Source of the DNA: a virus | Strand: one strand, 5' to 3' | Length of the DNA: 64,000 nt | IMG/VR virus record: IMGVR_UViG_3300032373_000004 | Location: 6,109-70,108 of that record | Shown: in pieces, positions 1 through 10,368 of the stretch | Numbering within the stretch: position 1 is the first letter of the stretch | How the letters are laid out: every line of letters begins with the position of its first letter | Notes under the pieces: model-generated | The model's input: only the letters and a program-made list of their open reading frames with translations | Told to the model about the DNA's origin: nothing | The model's database searches: none | Position numbers and translations under genes: made by a program

Positions 1-135
1 GAAGAATATGCTAAAGATTTAGGTTATGAAATTTTATTTACAACATCTAATACAAAACCAATAGAAGATATTATGGGTAATTTAAACTATAGTATTGGAG
101 ATATAGATGTAAAACATTATTTAAAACAATTATAA
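1..135 (+). CDS. 3' end of upstream gene (partial), hypothetical protein
   Basis: Open frame from window start to TAA at 133-135 (..GDIDVKHYLKQL*); same strand and spacing as downstream genes. Confidence 0.4.
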   Translation, partial: EEYAKDLGYEILFTTSNTKPIEDIMGNLNYSIGDIDVKHYLKQL

Positions 136-142
136 AAAAGAT

Positions 143-685
143 ATGGCAGTAGGAACAGCAGCAGTAGGCGCAGCAGGTGGAATAGGTAAGTTTTTCGAAG
201 GAAGAGCTATGCAAAGAAAAGCTCAAAAGCTTATTGATAATTTCGAATGGCAAGATTTAGAAAATCCTTATGAAAATCAACAGGTTAGTACGTTAGGAGC
301 TGATTTAAGAACAGAACAGGCTAATATTACTACAGCAGGTAATGTTGAAGCATTACGTGGTGGAGGTAATAGAGCTATCGTTGGAGGATTAGGGAGAGTT
401 CAAGCACAGAATAATGTATTGAATAGAGATATAGCAGCTACATTAGATGAACAACAAAAAAGAATTGATTTTGCTAAATCAGGTCAAGATGTTAGAAATC
501 AAAATATTATTGAAAAACGTCAAGGAGATGAGTTAGCTGGATATGGTAATATGTTAGGAGCTGGTCAACAGTTGAAATACGGTGGTATGACTGATATATT
601 AAATACAGCAGGTTTCGTAGGACAAACAGAAATGGGTAAGAGTGCAGATGCTGGGATTATGAATTTATTTAAAGGAACTAGTTAA
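143..685 (+). CDS. hypothetical protein, Gly/Ala-rich N-terminus (possible virion protein)
   Basis: 180-aa ORF tightly packed with downstream genes; N-term MAVGTAAVGAAGGIG. Confidence 0.5.
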   Translation: MAVGTAAVGAAGGIGKFFEGRAMQRKAQKLIDNFEWQDLENPYENQQVSTLGADLRTEQANITTAGNVEALRGGGNRAIVGGLGRVQAQNNVLNRDIAATLDEQQKRIDFAKSGQDVRNQNIIEKRQGDELAGYGNMLGAGQQLKYGGMTDILNTAGFVGQTEMGKSADAGIMNLFKGTS

Positions 686-687
686 TT

Positions 688-2337
688 ATGGCAGAAGTTA
701 GTGGTGGAGCAGCCTATAAAGGCTATCAAAAAATAGATAATGGTATATCTCAAGGTTTACAACATTGGGGAGGAATAAAGGCTAGAGAAAATGCTGCACA
801 AAAATTAGCAGATGAAAGAGCTGGGGTTCGTGAACAACAACGTAAGGATGATTGGATGAAAAATCACCAGTGGGAGGATTTTGAAAATGAAATCACCAAC
901 TATGAGAATTTCGATGATTTATCAAGAACCCTGTTTAATGATGTAAGAAACCAGACTACTGATTTATATCGTCAATCTATAAAACTTAGAAACGAAGGTA
1001 AGACCTTAGAAGCTGATACAGTATGGAATCAGTATTTAAAGACTAAAGGTGCATTTAAAGACTTTGCTAAAATTGAACCTATATTAGCAAAACATAATGA
1101 GAGTTTTGTTAATGATTTTAAAGCAGGTAAAGTATCTGGGGTAGATGATGATTATTTATCATTTATTCAAGCTCAGGAAAATGTAGATGTTAAACCTAAA
1201 GTTGTTAATGGTACATTAAAATATCAAGTAGCTTTTAAAGATAAAGAAGGTAAAATAACAGATGTGAAAGAAATGTCACATTATGATTTAGTTAATAATA
1301 AATATTCGTATATTCCTAAGAATGATGTTTTAGGTAAAGAAGGTATTGTTACTAATATTCTTAAAACAGTTGGTAAAAGAACTTATGATGAGACAAGAGG
1401 TTTGTATAAATACACTCTTCAAAAATGGGATGATAAAGCTATAGCACTAGTTGATAGTTACGTTGATGGATTAGTTGAGAATGATAGAGCTATGTCCGAT
1501 TTACTTTTCCAAGCTACAGGTAAGAAGAAATTTGGAAATATTAAATATAGAAGAAGAGGTGAACAAGATAATTTTACTGATTCTGATAAAAAGCAAGTAA
1601 AAGATTGGATTAAAACTCAAGTTGAGGGTGGATATGATTCTAAACAATCAAAGACGTTTGAATCAGGTAAAGCAGCTAATATTAGAGGTAATGAAGCTAA
1701 TAGAATAAGTCAAGGTCGTTTAAATGAAACTATTCGTCATAATAAAGCTATGGAAGGAATTTCCAGAGATAAGATGAAAGATGAGGATAAGGTTACAATG
1801 AGTAGGTTAAATTATGATGCTGACCAATTTGTTAATGGAGATTATTCAGGTTTATTAGGTAGATTCAAAAATGAATTCGACGAAGAAACAAATATCAGAA
1901 AGGTAGTTAAAGCACCTAATGGTAATTACGTTGTAGCTATCACAGAAACAGGTGAAAAAATTGAAATACCTAATACTAAAAGAGGATTCTTAGAATTCAA
2001 AATTAGAGGTAATGCTGAATATAAGAAATTTAACCCAGATGGAGTTATGTCTAACCCAGCAATTAAATATAGAAATGATAATGTAACAGGTTCTGATATA
2101 TCAGATATTGCAGGTGATTTATTCAATGAAGAAGGTAAACCTAAAGTTGATGATGAGAAAATATTACAATCATTAAAAAGATACTTAGATATTGAAGGAG
2201 AAGATAATTTTACATGGAGTGGTAATTCATTAAAAATTAATGGTAAAAATGTTGATACTTCAACTAAAGCTAAGTTTGAAAAAACATTAAAGAAAGCACT
2301 TGAAACTAATAAAGACCCTTTAGGTCTTGGAATATAA
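688..2337 (+). CDS. hypothetical protein (549 aa)
   Basis: Long ORF; 3-nt spacing to neighbours; no recognisable motif. Confidence 0.5.
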   Translation: MAEVSGGAAYKGYQKIDNGISQGLQHWGGIKARENAAQKLADERAGVREQQRKDDWMKNHQWEDFENEITNYENFDDLSRTLFNDVRNQTTDLYRQSIKLRNEGKTLEADTVWNQYLKTKGAFKDFAKIEPILAKHNESFVNDFKAGKVSGVDDDYLSFIQAQENVDVKPKVVNGTLKYQVAFKDKEGKITDVKEMSHYDLVNNKYSYIPKNDVLGKEGIVTNILKTVGKRTYDETRGLYKYTLQKWDDKAIALVDSYVDGLVENDRAMSDLLFQATGKKKFGNIKYRRRGEQDNFTDSDKKQVKDWIKTQVEGGYDSKQSKTFESGKAANIRGNEANRISQGRLNETIRHNKAMEGISRDKMKDEDKVTMSRLNYDADQFVNGDYSGLLGRFKNEFDEETNIRKVVKAPNGNYVVAITETGEKIEIPNTKRGFLEFKIRGNAEYKKFNPDGVMSNPAIKYRNDNVTGSDISDIAGDLFNEEGKPKVDDEKILQSLKRYLDIEGEDNFTWSGNSLKINGKNVDTSTKAKFEKTLKKALETNKDPLGLGI

Positions 2338-2343
2338 TATAAT

Positions 2344-5300
2344 ATGGAAGATGAAATCTTAGATGGTATAACACCTGCTGAATTTGCAGCAAAAATAAAA
2401 GCTAAATATCCTCAGTATAAAAATATTGAGGATTCTATCTTAGTTGATAAAATGATAACTAAATATCCTGAATATAAGGGTAAAATTAATTACGATGACC
2501 CAACAAAGGGGGGGAAAGCCAAAACAATAAAAAATGGGGATTCCAACTCTGTTTTGGCAGATACAACTTCTTCATTGGAATCAACAAAGACAAATAAATT
2601 TAGATTACCGACAGATGATGAAATGAACACCTTCATAGATAATGGAGGTGTAGTCACTGATTCACCTATGGTTAAAAAAGTTGAGAATATACGTAAAAAG
2701 ATTGAAGCTGAAAATGCTACAAAGAAAAAACAAGCTGCTAAAGAATTAACAGATGATATAGTTTTAAGAACTAAATATCCTGAATTAACTACAGAAAGAG
2801 ATTCTTTAATGAAAGAATTGAAATCAAGGTCTGTAATGAACGATAATTCTGATTTGGAAGATAGACTCTCTGAAATTGATAAAGTGCTTAAATCAGCTCC
2901 TAAGAGCTTTAGAAAGATACGTAAAGAGAAATTAGATGAGATTGATTCCCAAATGAATCAATTAGAAAGAAAAGGATATGCTTTAACAGGTAATTCTGAT
3001 TTTATTGACAGTAGTGGAACGTATCAACAATTGAAAAAAGAACGTGAAGGTGTTCAATATGATATTGATAAAGAAAATGAGACGTTAAATAAACTTACAG
3101 AAGATACTACTATTACTGACCAATTTATTAGATTTTACACGCCTAAATTTTTAGGTAATTGGTTAACACCTGAAAATGAAACAGTTAAATTAGATGAGAA
3201 AGTTGAAGAAAAACTTTTAGCTGAATTAGATTCTAACAAAAGGTTAAAATCTAAAGTTAATTTAGGTGGAAAAAATAGAAATTATTTATCTCTACAAGAT
3301 AGGGAGAATATGATTAAATCTGCTAAAGAGCAAGTATTATTAGATGAAAGTAAATTAATCAAACAAGAGTACGATGAGATAATCAAAGATTCTCAAGGAT
3401 TAAAACCTGATTCAAAAGAATATTTTGAATTACAAAAAAGAATAGAAGGGTTAAATGAAAGAAATAATACTCTTTTATTTAACTACGGTTATGATAAAGT
3501 AAATAATCAATTCAACGATGTTTTCAAAAGAACAACTAGAGGTAAAGATTATGATGAAGCTTTAGGTCAAGGAGGATTGGATGTAGGTTCAACGTTTATT
3601 GAAAGTATGACTAATACTATCTTAGACGGTACAGTAGGTTTTGCTGGGTGGTTAGGTTCTTTAGGAGACGGTTTTACTGACGATGATTCATACTCAATAT
3701 TTGATGCTATGGGTGACACGGCTTATGAGTTATCTAATAATAATTTATTACCTTCTTCTAAATCAGATAAAGGTAATATTGTTGATAAAGATGGTAATTG
3801 GAATTTATCATTATATTCTGTAGGTAAAGCAGGTGCAGAAGGTTTACCTTTTACGTTAGCATTAATTAATAGTGCTCGTAAAGGTAATGTAAAAGAAGCA
3901 TATAAAAAATTAGGAGGACTTATATCTCCTAACAGAGCTAAAACTATATCTCAAAGTTTACAGATGGCTGATAAAGCTTATAGGTTAACTGTATCAGACA
4001 ATAGAAAAGAAGCTTTAAATAACGGACTAGATGGTATACAAGCAATAGCATATGCTAATTTTCAATCTATGGCTACAGGTTTAAGTCAAATGATTATGCC
4101 TGATACTAAATTCTTAAAAACACCTGCTGGAAAAGCAATATTAGGTAAATTCACTAATGATTTAAAAACTGCTACTACTAAAGAAGCTATATCGAAAGCT
4201 TCTAAAGCTTTTATCGGTAATCTAGCTAGAGAGTTAGGTGAAGAAGAGATTGAAGGGGCTATGTCTGAAATGATTAAGTTTGGAATGCTTCAAAATCATT
4301 CTAATGAGTTTTTAACAGCTAGATATCAAAAAGAACTAATTGGTAAAACTCTAATTGTTACAGGTATGGTTGGGGGTGCTGGTATTAAATCTAATATTAA
4401 TGCTACAAAAGATGCTTTATATAAAGATTTAAATAAAAATTATGATGATTTAATTGTAGATATTGATAATATGATGGAATCATCTGACGATGTTACATTT
4501 AAAAAAATATTAAACAACTCTAAAAGATTAATAGGTGATATCAAAGATGTTACCAGTAAGTCTCCTGAAAATGTTAATGGTAAACAAATTGATTTACTAA
4601 TTGAAAAAAAACATTTAATACAAGAGATGAAATCTTTAGATGATTCGTTTCATCCAGAATATAAAGAAAAAATTGAAAACATAAATGAAAAAATTAGAAA
4701 AGAAAGCTCCCTTAAAAGTGAAGCTGATAAAAAGGATTCTGACAAATCCAAAACGAAAACCAACAAAGGGAAGGTCGAAACAAAGACGAATGAGAAGGTA
4801 AAATACGATGTAAATGAACAATTAAAATCTCATAATGAAAATGAAGGTTCTACTTTTACATTAGATGGTAAAAACAGGAGTGGTGAAAAAGGAGTTTCAT
4901 CTGTATCAATATTTCCAGAAAGAAGTAAAATTATTGATGGGAGTATTACTGAGAAAGACATTTCAGATTTTAAAGAAGTTAATAAAGATATATTAAAAGG
5001 AAATGAAGATGTTTTAGCTATAGGTACTTGGTATGATAAATCATCAGGTAAAACTTATTTAGATGTATCTGCTGTTACAGATACTGAATCAGCCACTCGA
5101 TTAGGAGAGCAATATAATCAAAAAGCAATTTTTAATTTAGAAACATTTGAAGAAATTGATACTAAAGGTGATGGTAAACCTGTAAAAAATTTAAAACCAG
5201 AATTAGATAGAGTTTCTGATATTAGAGAAGTATTGAAAAAATCTAAAGGTTATAAAAAAATAGCTGATGAGGTTAGAAAAGTTAAGATTAATAAATCTGT

Positions 5301-8241
5301 TAAAGATTCTATGTCTAAACTTCAATCTAATCCTGTAGGTGGATTATTTTCAGCAGTATGGGATGGGGCTGTAGAAACAGTTGCAAAATCAATAGAAGTT
5401 ACTGGAGATATTAAAGTAGCCATTGAAAAAGGTATTGAATATTTAAAAAATACTGACTGGTATAAAAATCTTTCGAATGAAGGTAAGCAAAGTGCTGAAA
5501 ATATATTTAGAAAAGATGCTTTCAATTCAGTTAATAAACCTGATACAGTTGGAAAAATTGATATTAAAGCAAAGACTAAATTAGGAGAAATTAAAGATGA
5601 TTTAACTAGTAAGTTAATTGATAAATATCATTTTATTAGAAAAGTTCAAAATCAATTAGAAACCATTCAAGGTAAACCATTAGATAAAGAAAGTAATTTC
5701 TCTCAAGCTGAGGTAGCTCTGTATGGTAAAGCATCTAATGATTTAGACATATTTGAAAAAGATATAAAAGAACTTGTGAAAAAAATAAGTAGTAAAAAAC
5801 TTAATCGTAAACAAGTTTCAAAATATTTATATGCTAAACACGCTGTTGAAAGAAATGCTTATGTTAAAGCTAATATAGACCCTAATACAGATAAGGGTTC
5901 TGGTATGACTGATAAAGAAGCCAAAGAGATATTAGATTTATTTACTGATGAACAATTAACTGATTTAAGAGACATATCTATAGATATCGAGGTGATATTA
6001 AATAAAACTCGTAAGAATTTAGTTAAGTTTGGATTAATGTCTCAAAAAGCTGTAGATGCTTTAGAGCAGCGTTATGAGAATTATGTTCCATTAACTAATT
6101 TTGCAGATGTAGATAAAGAAAGTAGTAATTTCATTGATACAGGAGGTAAAATTTCTATAAAAGGAAAAGAGTTTAGAAAAACTAAAGGGCGTTCATCAGA
6201 GGCTGGAGATGTTTTAGCTAATGTTTTATCACAACATCAAGAAATCATTGTAAGAGGTAGAAAAAATGAAGTAATGCAGTCTCTTTACAACATGGTTAAA
6301 GAGAACCCTGATAAAGAATTTTATAGAATATATTCTAGGAACAACCCTGATATGACGAGAGGTATCGGTGCTAATGGTCAAGTTACTCAAGTTAGACAAC
6401 CTATGGAAATGAATAATGATTATGTAGGTGTTAAAGTTGATGGAGAATCATTTTTTATTAAGTTTGCTAATAAAAGATTTGCTCATATACTAAATGCTTC
6501 TAATCTTGAAAAAACAAGGTTTATTGAAAGAACATTCGGTAGAGTTAATAGATATTTAAGTTCAATGTTAACATCATTAAATCCAGAATTCGTTCTATCT
6601 AATTTTTCAAGAGATATTCAAACGGCTGTGATTAATATGATGTCGGAATCAGATATATCGAATAACTCTGTTAAAGACACTAAGATTATAGGTAAAATTA
6701 TAAAATCGACTTTACCTTCTCTTAAAACAATATATAATTCTGAAACAGGTAAGAAGAAAGATACTGAATTAACTAAGTATTATAATGAGTTTAAAGAAGA
6801 TGGTGCTAAAACTGGATGGTTTTATGCTAAAAACACAGAGGATTTAAAAACTGATATAGATAATATTTTTAAATTACAAGACAGTAAGAAAATATCAGCA
6901 ACTAGAGCTAAGGCTGGGTTAAAATCAATATTGAATTATGTAGATAATGTAAATAGTTCAGTTGAAAACGCTGTTAGATTAGCTACATACACAGAAGCTA
7001 GAAAAACTGGTGTGACTAGAGAAGATGCAGCAACATTAGCTAAAGAGCTGACAGTTAACTTTAATAGAAGTGGTGAATGGGGAACGATAGCTAATTCGTT
7101 TTATCTATTCTTTAACGCATCTATTCAAGGTACAGCTAGATTTTGGAGAGCCATGGCTACACTTAAAAAAGTATATGATAGTGAAGGTAACATTACTGGT
7201 AGAAAGTTAAACGCTGGTCAAAAAGTAGCTATGGGAATAGTAGCCTTTTCATCATTAGCTACTATAATGAATCAAATGATGTCTGATGATGACGACGATG
7301 GTAGAAGTTTCTATAGTAAAATCCCTGATTATGAGAAGGAGAGAAATTTAATTATAATGAATCCTAATGGTAAAGATTATTTTAAAATACCTCTACCTTA
7401 TGGTTATAATATATTTCATAATTTAGGTAGTATTACAACAGAAGTATCTACAGGAGAAAGAAGTGTTGGAGATGGAGCAGGTTTTCTATTTAATAGTGCT
7501 GTTGGTGCATTCTCACCTGTTAGCTTTTCGAAATCAGATGATTTATCTGTACAAGGAGCTAAGGCTTTAGTTCCAACTGCTTTTAAACCTATTGTAGAAT
7601 TAGCTGTTAATGAGAATCATTTTGGAGCATCTATTTATAATGAAAATATGCCATTTGATAAAAGTCCTGAACCCGATTCAAATTTAGGTAGACCTAATAC
7701 GAATGCTATATTTAAAAATATGAGTAAATTCATGAATGAAGCTACTGGAGGTTCTGATTATGTTTCTGGAGGAATAGATGTTAATCCTAATACTTTAGAA
7801 TATTTAATGGAGTATTATAGTGGAGGATTAGGTAAGTTTGTAAATAGAACTGCTGCAACTATAAACACAGCTAAAGATAAAATAGAAGGTAAACCTGTAG
7901 ATTTCGAAATGAATAAAATTCCTTTTGTTAGAAAATTTGTTGGGGAGAAAAATAAATATGTCGATAAATCAGATTATTTTGAAGGTTCGACAGAAGTTAG
8001 ACAATTATATGAAGAATATAAAAATAATACTCCTGAGAATAGAAGAAAGGATAAATATAAAAGCGTAGCTCGATTAAAGAAAATGGCTGATGCTATTGAT
8101 AGAGACCTTAAAAAAATAAGGAAACAGAGAAAGAGATTAATGGAGAATAAATCAATTGCTAATCTAGTCAAGTTAAATGAGCTTGAAACCAAAGAGTTGA
8201 AGTTAATATCTAAATTCAACAGAGTTTATGCTGAAAAGTAA
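2344..8241 (+). CDS. giant 1965-aa protein, probable virion-associated (tape-measure/ejection-like) protein
   Basis: Uninterrupted 5.9-kb ORF; coiled-coil-like charged segments, Lys-rich low-complexity stretch (KKDSDKSKTKTNKGKVETKTNEK), Gly-rich segment; strong hairpin terminator immediately downstream. Confidence 0.55.
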   Translation: MEDEILDGITPAEFAAKIKAKYPQYKNIEDSILVDKMITKYPEYKGKINYDDPTKGGKAKTIKNGDSNSVLADTTSSLESTKTNKFRLPTDDEMNTFIDNGGVVTDSPMVKKVENIRKKIEAENATKKKQAAKELTDDIVLRTKYPELTTERDSLMKELKSRSVMNDNSDLEDRLSEIDKVLKSAPKSFRKIRKEKLDEIDSQMNQLERKGYALTGNSDFIDSSGTYQQLKKEREGVQYDIDKENETLNKLTEDTTITDQFIRFYTPKFLGNWLTPENETVKLDEKVEEKLLAELDSNKRLKSKVNLGGKNRNYLSLQDRENMIKSAKEQVLLDESKLIKQEYDEIIKDSQGLKPDSKEYFELQKRIEGLNERNNTLLFNYGYDKVNNQFNDVFKRTTRGKDYDEALGQGGLDVGSTFIESMTNTILDGTVGFAGWLGSLGDGFTDDDSYSIFDAMGDTAYELSNNNLLPSSKSDKGNIVDKDGNWNLSLYSVGKAGAEGLPFTLALINSARKGNVKEAYKKLGGLISPNRAKTISQSLQMADKAYRLTVSDNRKEALNNGLDGIQAIAYANFQSMATGLSQMIMPDTKFLKTPAGKAILGKFTNDLKTATTKEAISKASKAFIGNLARELGEEEIEGAMSEMIKFGMLQNHSNEFLTARYQKELIGKTLIVTGMVGGAGIKSNINATKDALYKDLNKNYDDLIVDIDNMMESSDDVTFKKILNNSKRLIGDIKDVTSKSPENVNGKQIDLLIEKKHLIQEMKSLDDSFHPEYKEKIENINEKIRKESSLKSEADKKDSDKSKTKTNKGKVETKTNEKVKYDVNEQLKSHNENEGSTFTLDGKNRSGEKGVSSVSIFPERSKIIDGSITEKDISDFKEVNKDILKGNEDVLAIGTWYDKSSGKTYLDVSAVTDTESATRLGEQYNQKAIFNLETFEEIDTKGDGKPVKNLKPELDRVSDIREVLKKSKGYKKIADEVRKVKINKSVKDSMSKLQSNPVGGLFSAVWDGAVETVAKSIEVTGDIKVAIEKGIEYLKNTDWYKNLSNEGKQSAENIFRKDAFNSVNKPDTVGKIDIKAKTKLGEIKDDLTSKLIDKYHFIRKVQNQLETIQGKPLDKESNFSQAEVALYGKASNDLDIFEKDIKELVKKISSKKLNRKQVSKYLYAKHAVERNAYVKANIDPNTDKGSGMTDKEAKEILDLFTDEQLTDLRDISIDIEVILNKTRKNLVKFGLMSQKAVDALEQRYENYVPLTNFADVDKESSNFIDTGGKISIKGKEFRKTKGRSSEAGDVLANVLSQHQEIIVRGRKNEVMQSLYNMVKENPDKEFYRIYSRNNPDMTRGIGANGQVTQVRQPMEMNNDYVGVKVDGESFFIKFANKRFAHILNASNLEKTRFIERTFGRVNRYLSSMLTSLNPEFVLSNFSRDIQTAVINMMSESDISNNSVKDTKIIGKIIKSTLPSLKTIYNSETGKKKDTELTKYYNEFKEDGAKTGWFYAKNTEDLKTDIDNIFKLQDSKKISATRAKAGLKSILNYVDNVNSSVENAVRLATYTEARKTGVTREDAATLAKELTVNFNRSGEWGTIANSFYLFFNASIQGTARFWRAMATLKKVYDSEGNITGRKLNAGQKVAMGIVAFSSLATIMNQMMSDDDDDGRSFYSKIPDYEKERNLIIMNPNGKDYFKIPLPYGYNIFHNLGSITTEVSTGERSVGDGAGFLFNSAVGAFSPVSFSKSDDLSVQGAKALVPTAFKPIVELAVNENHFGASIYNENMPFDKSPEPDSNLGRPNTNAIFKNMSKFMNEATGGSDYVSGGIDVNPNTLEYLMEYYSGGLGKFVNRTAATINTAKDKIEGKPVDFEMNKIPFVRKFVGEKNKYVDKSDYFEGSTEVRQLYEEYKNNTPENRRKDKYKSVARLKKMADAIDRDLKKIRKQRKRLMENKSIANLVKLNELETKELKLISKFNRVYAEK

Positions 8242-8244
8242 ACA

Positions 8245-8277
8245 AAAACCCCCAACCAATTCAGGAAGGGGGTTTTC
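8245..8277 (+). terminator. rho-independent terminator hairpin (aaaaccccc..gggggtttt)
   Basis: 9-bp GC-rich stem with 14-nt loop followed by T-run, directly after stop of giant ORF. Confidence 0.7.
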
Positions 8278-8325
8278 TAATTAATAACCTTAAAACATAG
8301 TTTACAATGACAAAACAAACTATTG

Positions 8326-8399
8326 TGGACTATAATGGATTCGAACCAATGACCTTCTCCTTATGAGGGAGCTGCTCTAACCAACTGAGCTAAAAGTCC
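8326..8399 (-). tRNA. tRNA-Met/Ile2 (anticodon CAU)
   Basis: Acceptor ggactat/aaagtcc, D-arm GCUC..GAGC, anticodon stem GCUCC/GGAGA with loop CUCAUAA, T-loop UUCGAAU. Confidence 0.8.
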
Positions 8400-8616
8400 A
8401 ATTAAAATACTTGCTTAAATTTCAGTTATAAGATACTTAGCAGAACTCCAAACCATTCCACACCCTATTCATAACATCTCCAGTCGAAGTGTTAGTTTTA
8501 AGTACATTTACAATAAATACAACTGCTGATACAGTTTAATAATAACCCTTTTCTTTTAATGTGGTCGAATCACTCTAGGGAATCTCTTATTATTTATCTT
8601 CAATCAAATATTTTAG

Positions 8617-8700
8617 AACAGTAGGAGGGATTCGAACCCCCATTTTCAACTCCAATTACGGTTAACAATTTAGAAAAATGCCTCGGTTACAACTGCTTGA
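8617..8700 (-). tRNA. tRNA-like element, anticodon unresolved (possible pseudo-tRNA)
   Basis: Canonical T-arm gaggg-attcgaa-ccccc on minus strand, but no clean 5' acceptor complement found. Confidence 0.3.
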
Positions 8701-8922
8701 TTTATAATATTTCAATATATTCGATTCCTTTAGGTGTACTTAAAGGCTCACTTATATTAGTAGGTTCTTTCTCCTGTTCAAAGAGAATATCGTACGTTAC
8801 TTTTAACATAAATATCATAATGATATAATTGTTAAAGTGATTAATACTATACATAAAATGAGATAAGTCACTCTATTAAATTTTACATTTTTTGTTATCA
8901 TTTTATTTAATTTTAAAATTTG

Positions 8923-8997
8923 TACTTGAGGTAAGAATCGAACTTACGACCTCTTGTGTGTAAAACAAGTGCTACTGAACCACTGAGCTACTCAAGC
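8923..8997 (-). tRNA. tRNA-Val (anticodon UAC)
   Basis: Acceptor acttgag/ctcaagc (G1-U72), anticodon stem CUUGU/ACAAG loop UUUACAC, T-loop UUCGAUU. Confidence 0.8.
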
Positions 8998-9365
8998 ATT
9001 TTTTCGTGAACTTCTCTATGACAATTTGAACATAATAAATCACATTTATCTAATTCTTTTTTTATGTCTTCAACAGTCTTACCATAATGATTAGATAGTG
9101 TGAAATCTTTTTCATTAGGGTCTTTATGATGAAATTCTAAAGCTGAATTACATTTATTATATCCACAAATAAAACATTTACCACCCTTATAATTTATAAG
9201 TGCTTGTTTTTTATTCTTTCTATTCATATTTTGTCTCAAAATCACTCTATTTTTAACATCGTTATTACAATGATATGATATTGTTGATTTACTACATTTT
9301 AAAATAGAAGCAATTTGGTCATATGTCTTACCTTCTTCTCTTAATTTCAATATTTGTTCTTTCAT
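8988..9365 (-). CDS. HNH homing-type endonuclease with N-terminal HTH
   Basis: CFICGYNKC..EFHHKDPNEKDF..CSNCHREVHE motif. Start trimmed to the internal Met (MKEQILKL), because the table ORF's upstream N-terminus overlaps tRNA-Thr; the C-terminal 10 nt still overlaps tRNA-Val. Confidence 0.6.
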   Translation of the reverse strand: MKEQILKLREEGKTYDQIASILKCSKSTISYHCNNDVKNRVILRQNMNRKNKKQALINYKGGKCFICGYNKCNSALEFHHKDPNEKDFTLSNHYGKTVEDIKKELDKCDLLCSNCHREVHEKMLE

Positions 9366-9410
9366 AATACAAATATAATAAATATTCGAATACGGTAATT
9401 TTCGAACTAG

Positions 9411-9482
9411 AGCCCAATGCAAGAATCGAACTTGCTTCCAGTGATTACAAAACACTACATCATCCCTAAATGCTTATCGGAC
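9411..9482 (-). tRNA. tRNA-Thr (anticodon UGU)
   Basis: Acceptor gcccaat pairs atcggac with G-U wobbles; T-arm gcaag-aatcgaa-cttgc; anticodon loop UUUGUAA; D-stem weak. Confidence 0.55.
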
Positions 9483-9753
9483 ATTTGAGGAATTTCGTTT
9501 CCTCAATTACGTGCTTAGGCAACCATTCTAAATGATTGTGTAGCAAAAACATTAACTCTTTTTCCAGTTAATTAAATAAGAATATTCTCTTTAATACTTT
9601 TATAATGCAATCAAATCCAGACACCCCCATGGAAGAGTAGTTTTTAAATAGAACACTCCTGAGAAAACTATAGGACTACTGATTAACAGTTGTCTCCACC
9701 ATTCATTTTTGAAAGAAATGAAAAACTTAATTAGGTATACCACTACATAATTG

Positions 9754-9818
9754 TGGAGGTGGAGGGATTCGAACCCTCGTCTTACAAAAAATCATATTAC
9801 GTCAATGAACAATTCTTG
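9754..9818 (-). tRNA. truncated tRNA-like fragment (T-arm plus 3' acceptor strand only)
   Basis: gaggg-attcgaa-ccctc T-arm but only about 40 nt before next tRNA; contains CTTACAAAAAA, the reverse orientation of the repeat motif seen at 12.7-13.4 kb. Confidence 0.3.
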
Positions 9819-9895
9819 CGGTCTAAGAGGGATTCGAACCCTCGTTTTAGAGCAGTGACAGTGCAATTCCCCACACCAATGGAGCATATTAAACC
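9819..9895 (-). tRNA. tRNA, probably Asp (anticodon GUC)
   Basis: Acceptor ggtctaa/ttaaacc (one G-U), T-arm gaggg-attcgaa-ccctc, loop CUGUCAC as in bacterial tRNA-Asp but anticodon stem only 3 bp. Confidence 0.45.
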
Positions 9896-10032
9896 AGATA
9901 GGAGACTTGTTCACAATTTCTAGTATTTGCTGTCTCCTAAAAATAATTAAGGGTAAGTTCTACCGAGCATAGTGCCTACTCATCGGTGATTAAGGGTTTG
10001 ACACATCCCTTCTCTTACCTTACATTACTTAG

Positions 10033-10110
10033 TAGCGGAGGTGGGAGTCGAACCCAGTAAGACGAGCTTATGAGACTGTCTAGCAACCCTGCTTCCTACA
10101 ACCGCAATGT
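10033..10110 (-). tRNA. tRNA-like element, unresolved (T-arm gtggg-agtcgaa-cccag)
   Basis: Clear T-arm and CUCAUAA-like loop but acceptor and anticodon stems do not close; promoter-like box immediately upstream at 10115-10122. Confidence 0.3.
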
Positions 10111-10114
10111 TATG

Positions 10115-10122
10115 CAAATATA
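10115..10122 (-). promoter_or_regulatory. putative -7 promoter element (TAnnTTTG type) inside tRNA array
   Basis: Reverse complement of caaatata = TATATTTG, embedded in ..ttcttatatttgcat.. Confidence 0.35.
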
Positions 10123-10167
10123 AGAATAGTTTTTAAACTATCAAATATTTTTCATATTTATTTTTAG

Positions 10168-10241
10168 ACGGAGTAGTGGGAATCGAACCCACTCTATTTC
10201 TGATTGGAAGTCAGATGCACCACCAACTATGCGTTACTCCG
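10168..10241 (-). tRNA. tRNA-Gly (anticodon UCC)
   Basis: Acceptor cggagta/tactccg perfect, D-stem GCAU/GUGC, anticodon stem UCUGA/UCAGA with loop CUUCCAA, T-arm gtggg-aatcgaa-cccac. Confidence 0.65.
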
Positions 10242-10294
10242 TGGAGAAGGACAGGTTATTTATACCTTTAAGGGAGTCCTTCACACCCTTCTTG

Positions 10295-10368
10295 TAGGAA
10301 TAGATGGATTCGAACCATCAACTTCCACCTTATCAGGGTGGTGCTCTAACCTGTTGAACTATACTCCT
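10295..10368 (-). tRNA. tRNA-Ile (anticodon GAU)
   Basis: Acceptor aggaata/tactcct, D-stem GUUC/GAGC, anticodon stem CCACC/GGUGG with loop CUGAUAA, perfect T-arm. Confidence 0.8.

Noticed and set aside
8617-10110. Assigning anticodons to tRNA-like elements at 8617, 9754 and 10033
   Set aside because: T-arms are canonical, but no acceptor complement or closed anticodon stem could be drawn by hand. Kept as low-confidence tRNA-like fragments rather than named tRNAs.
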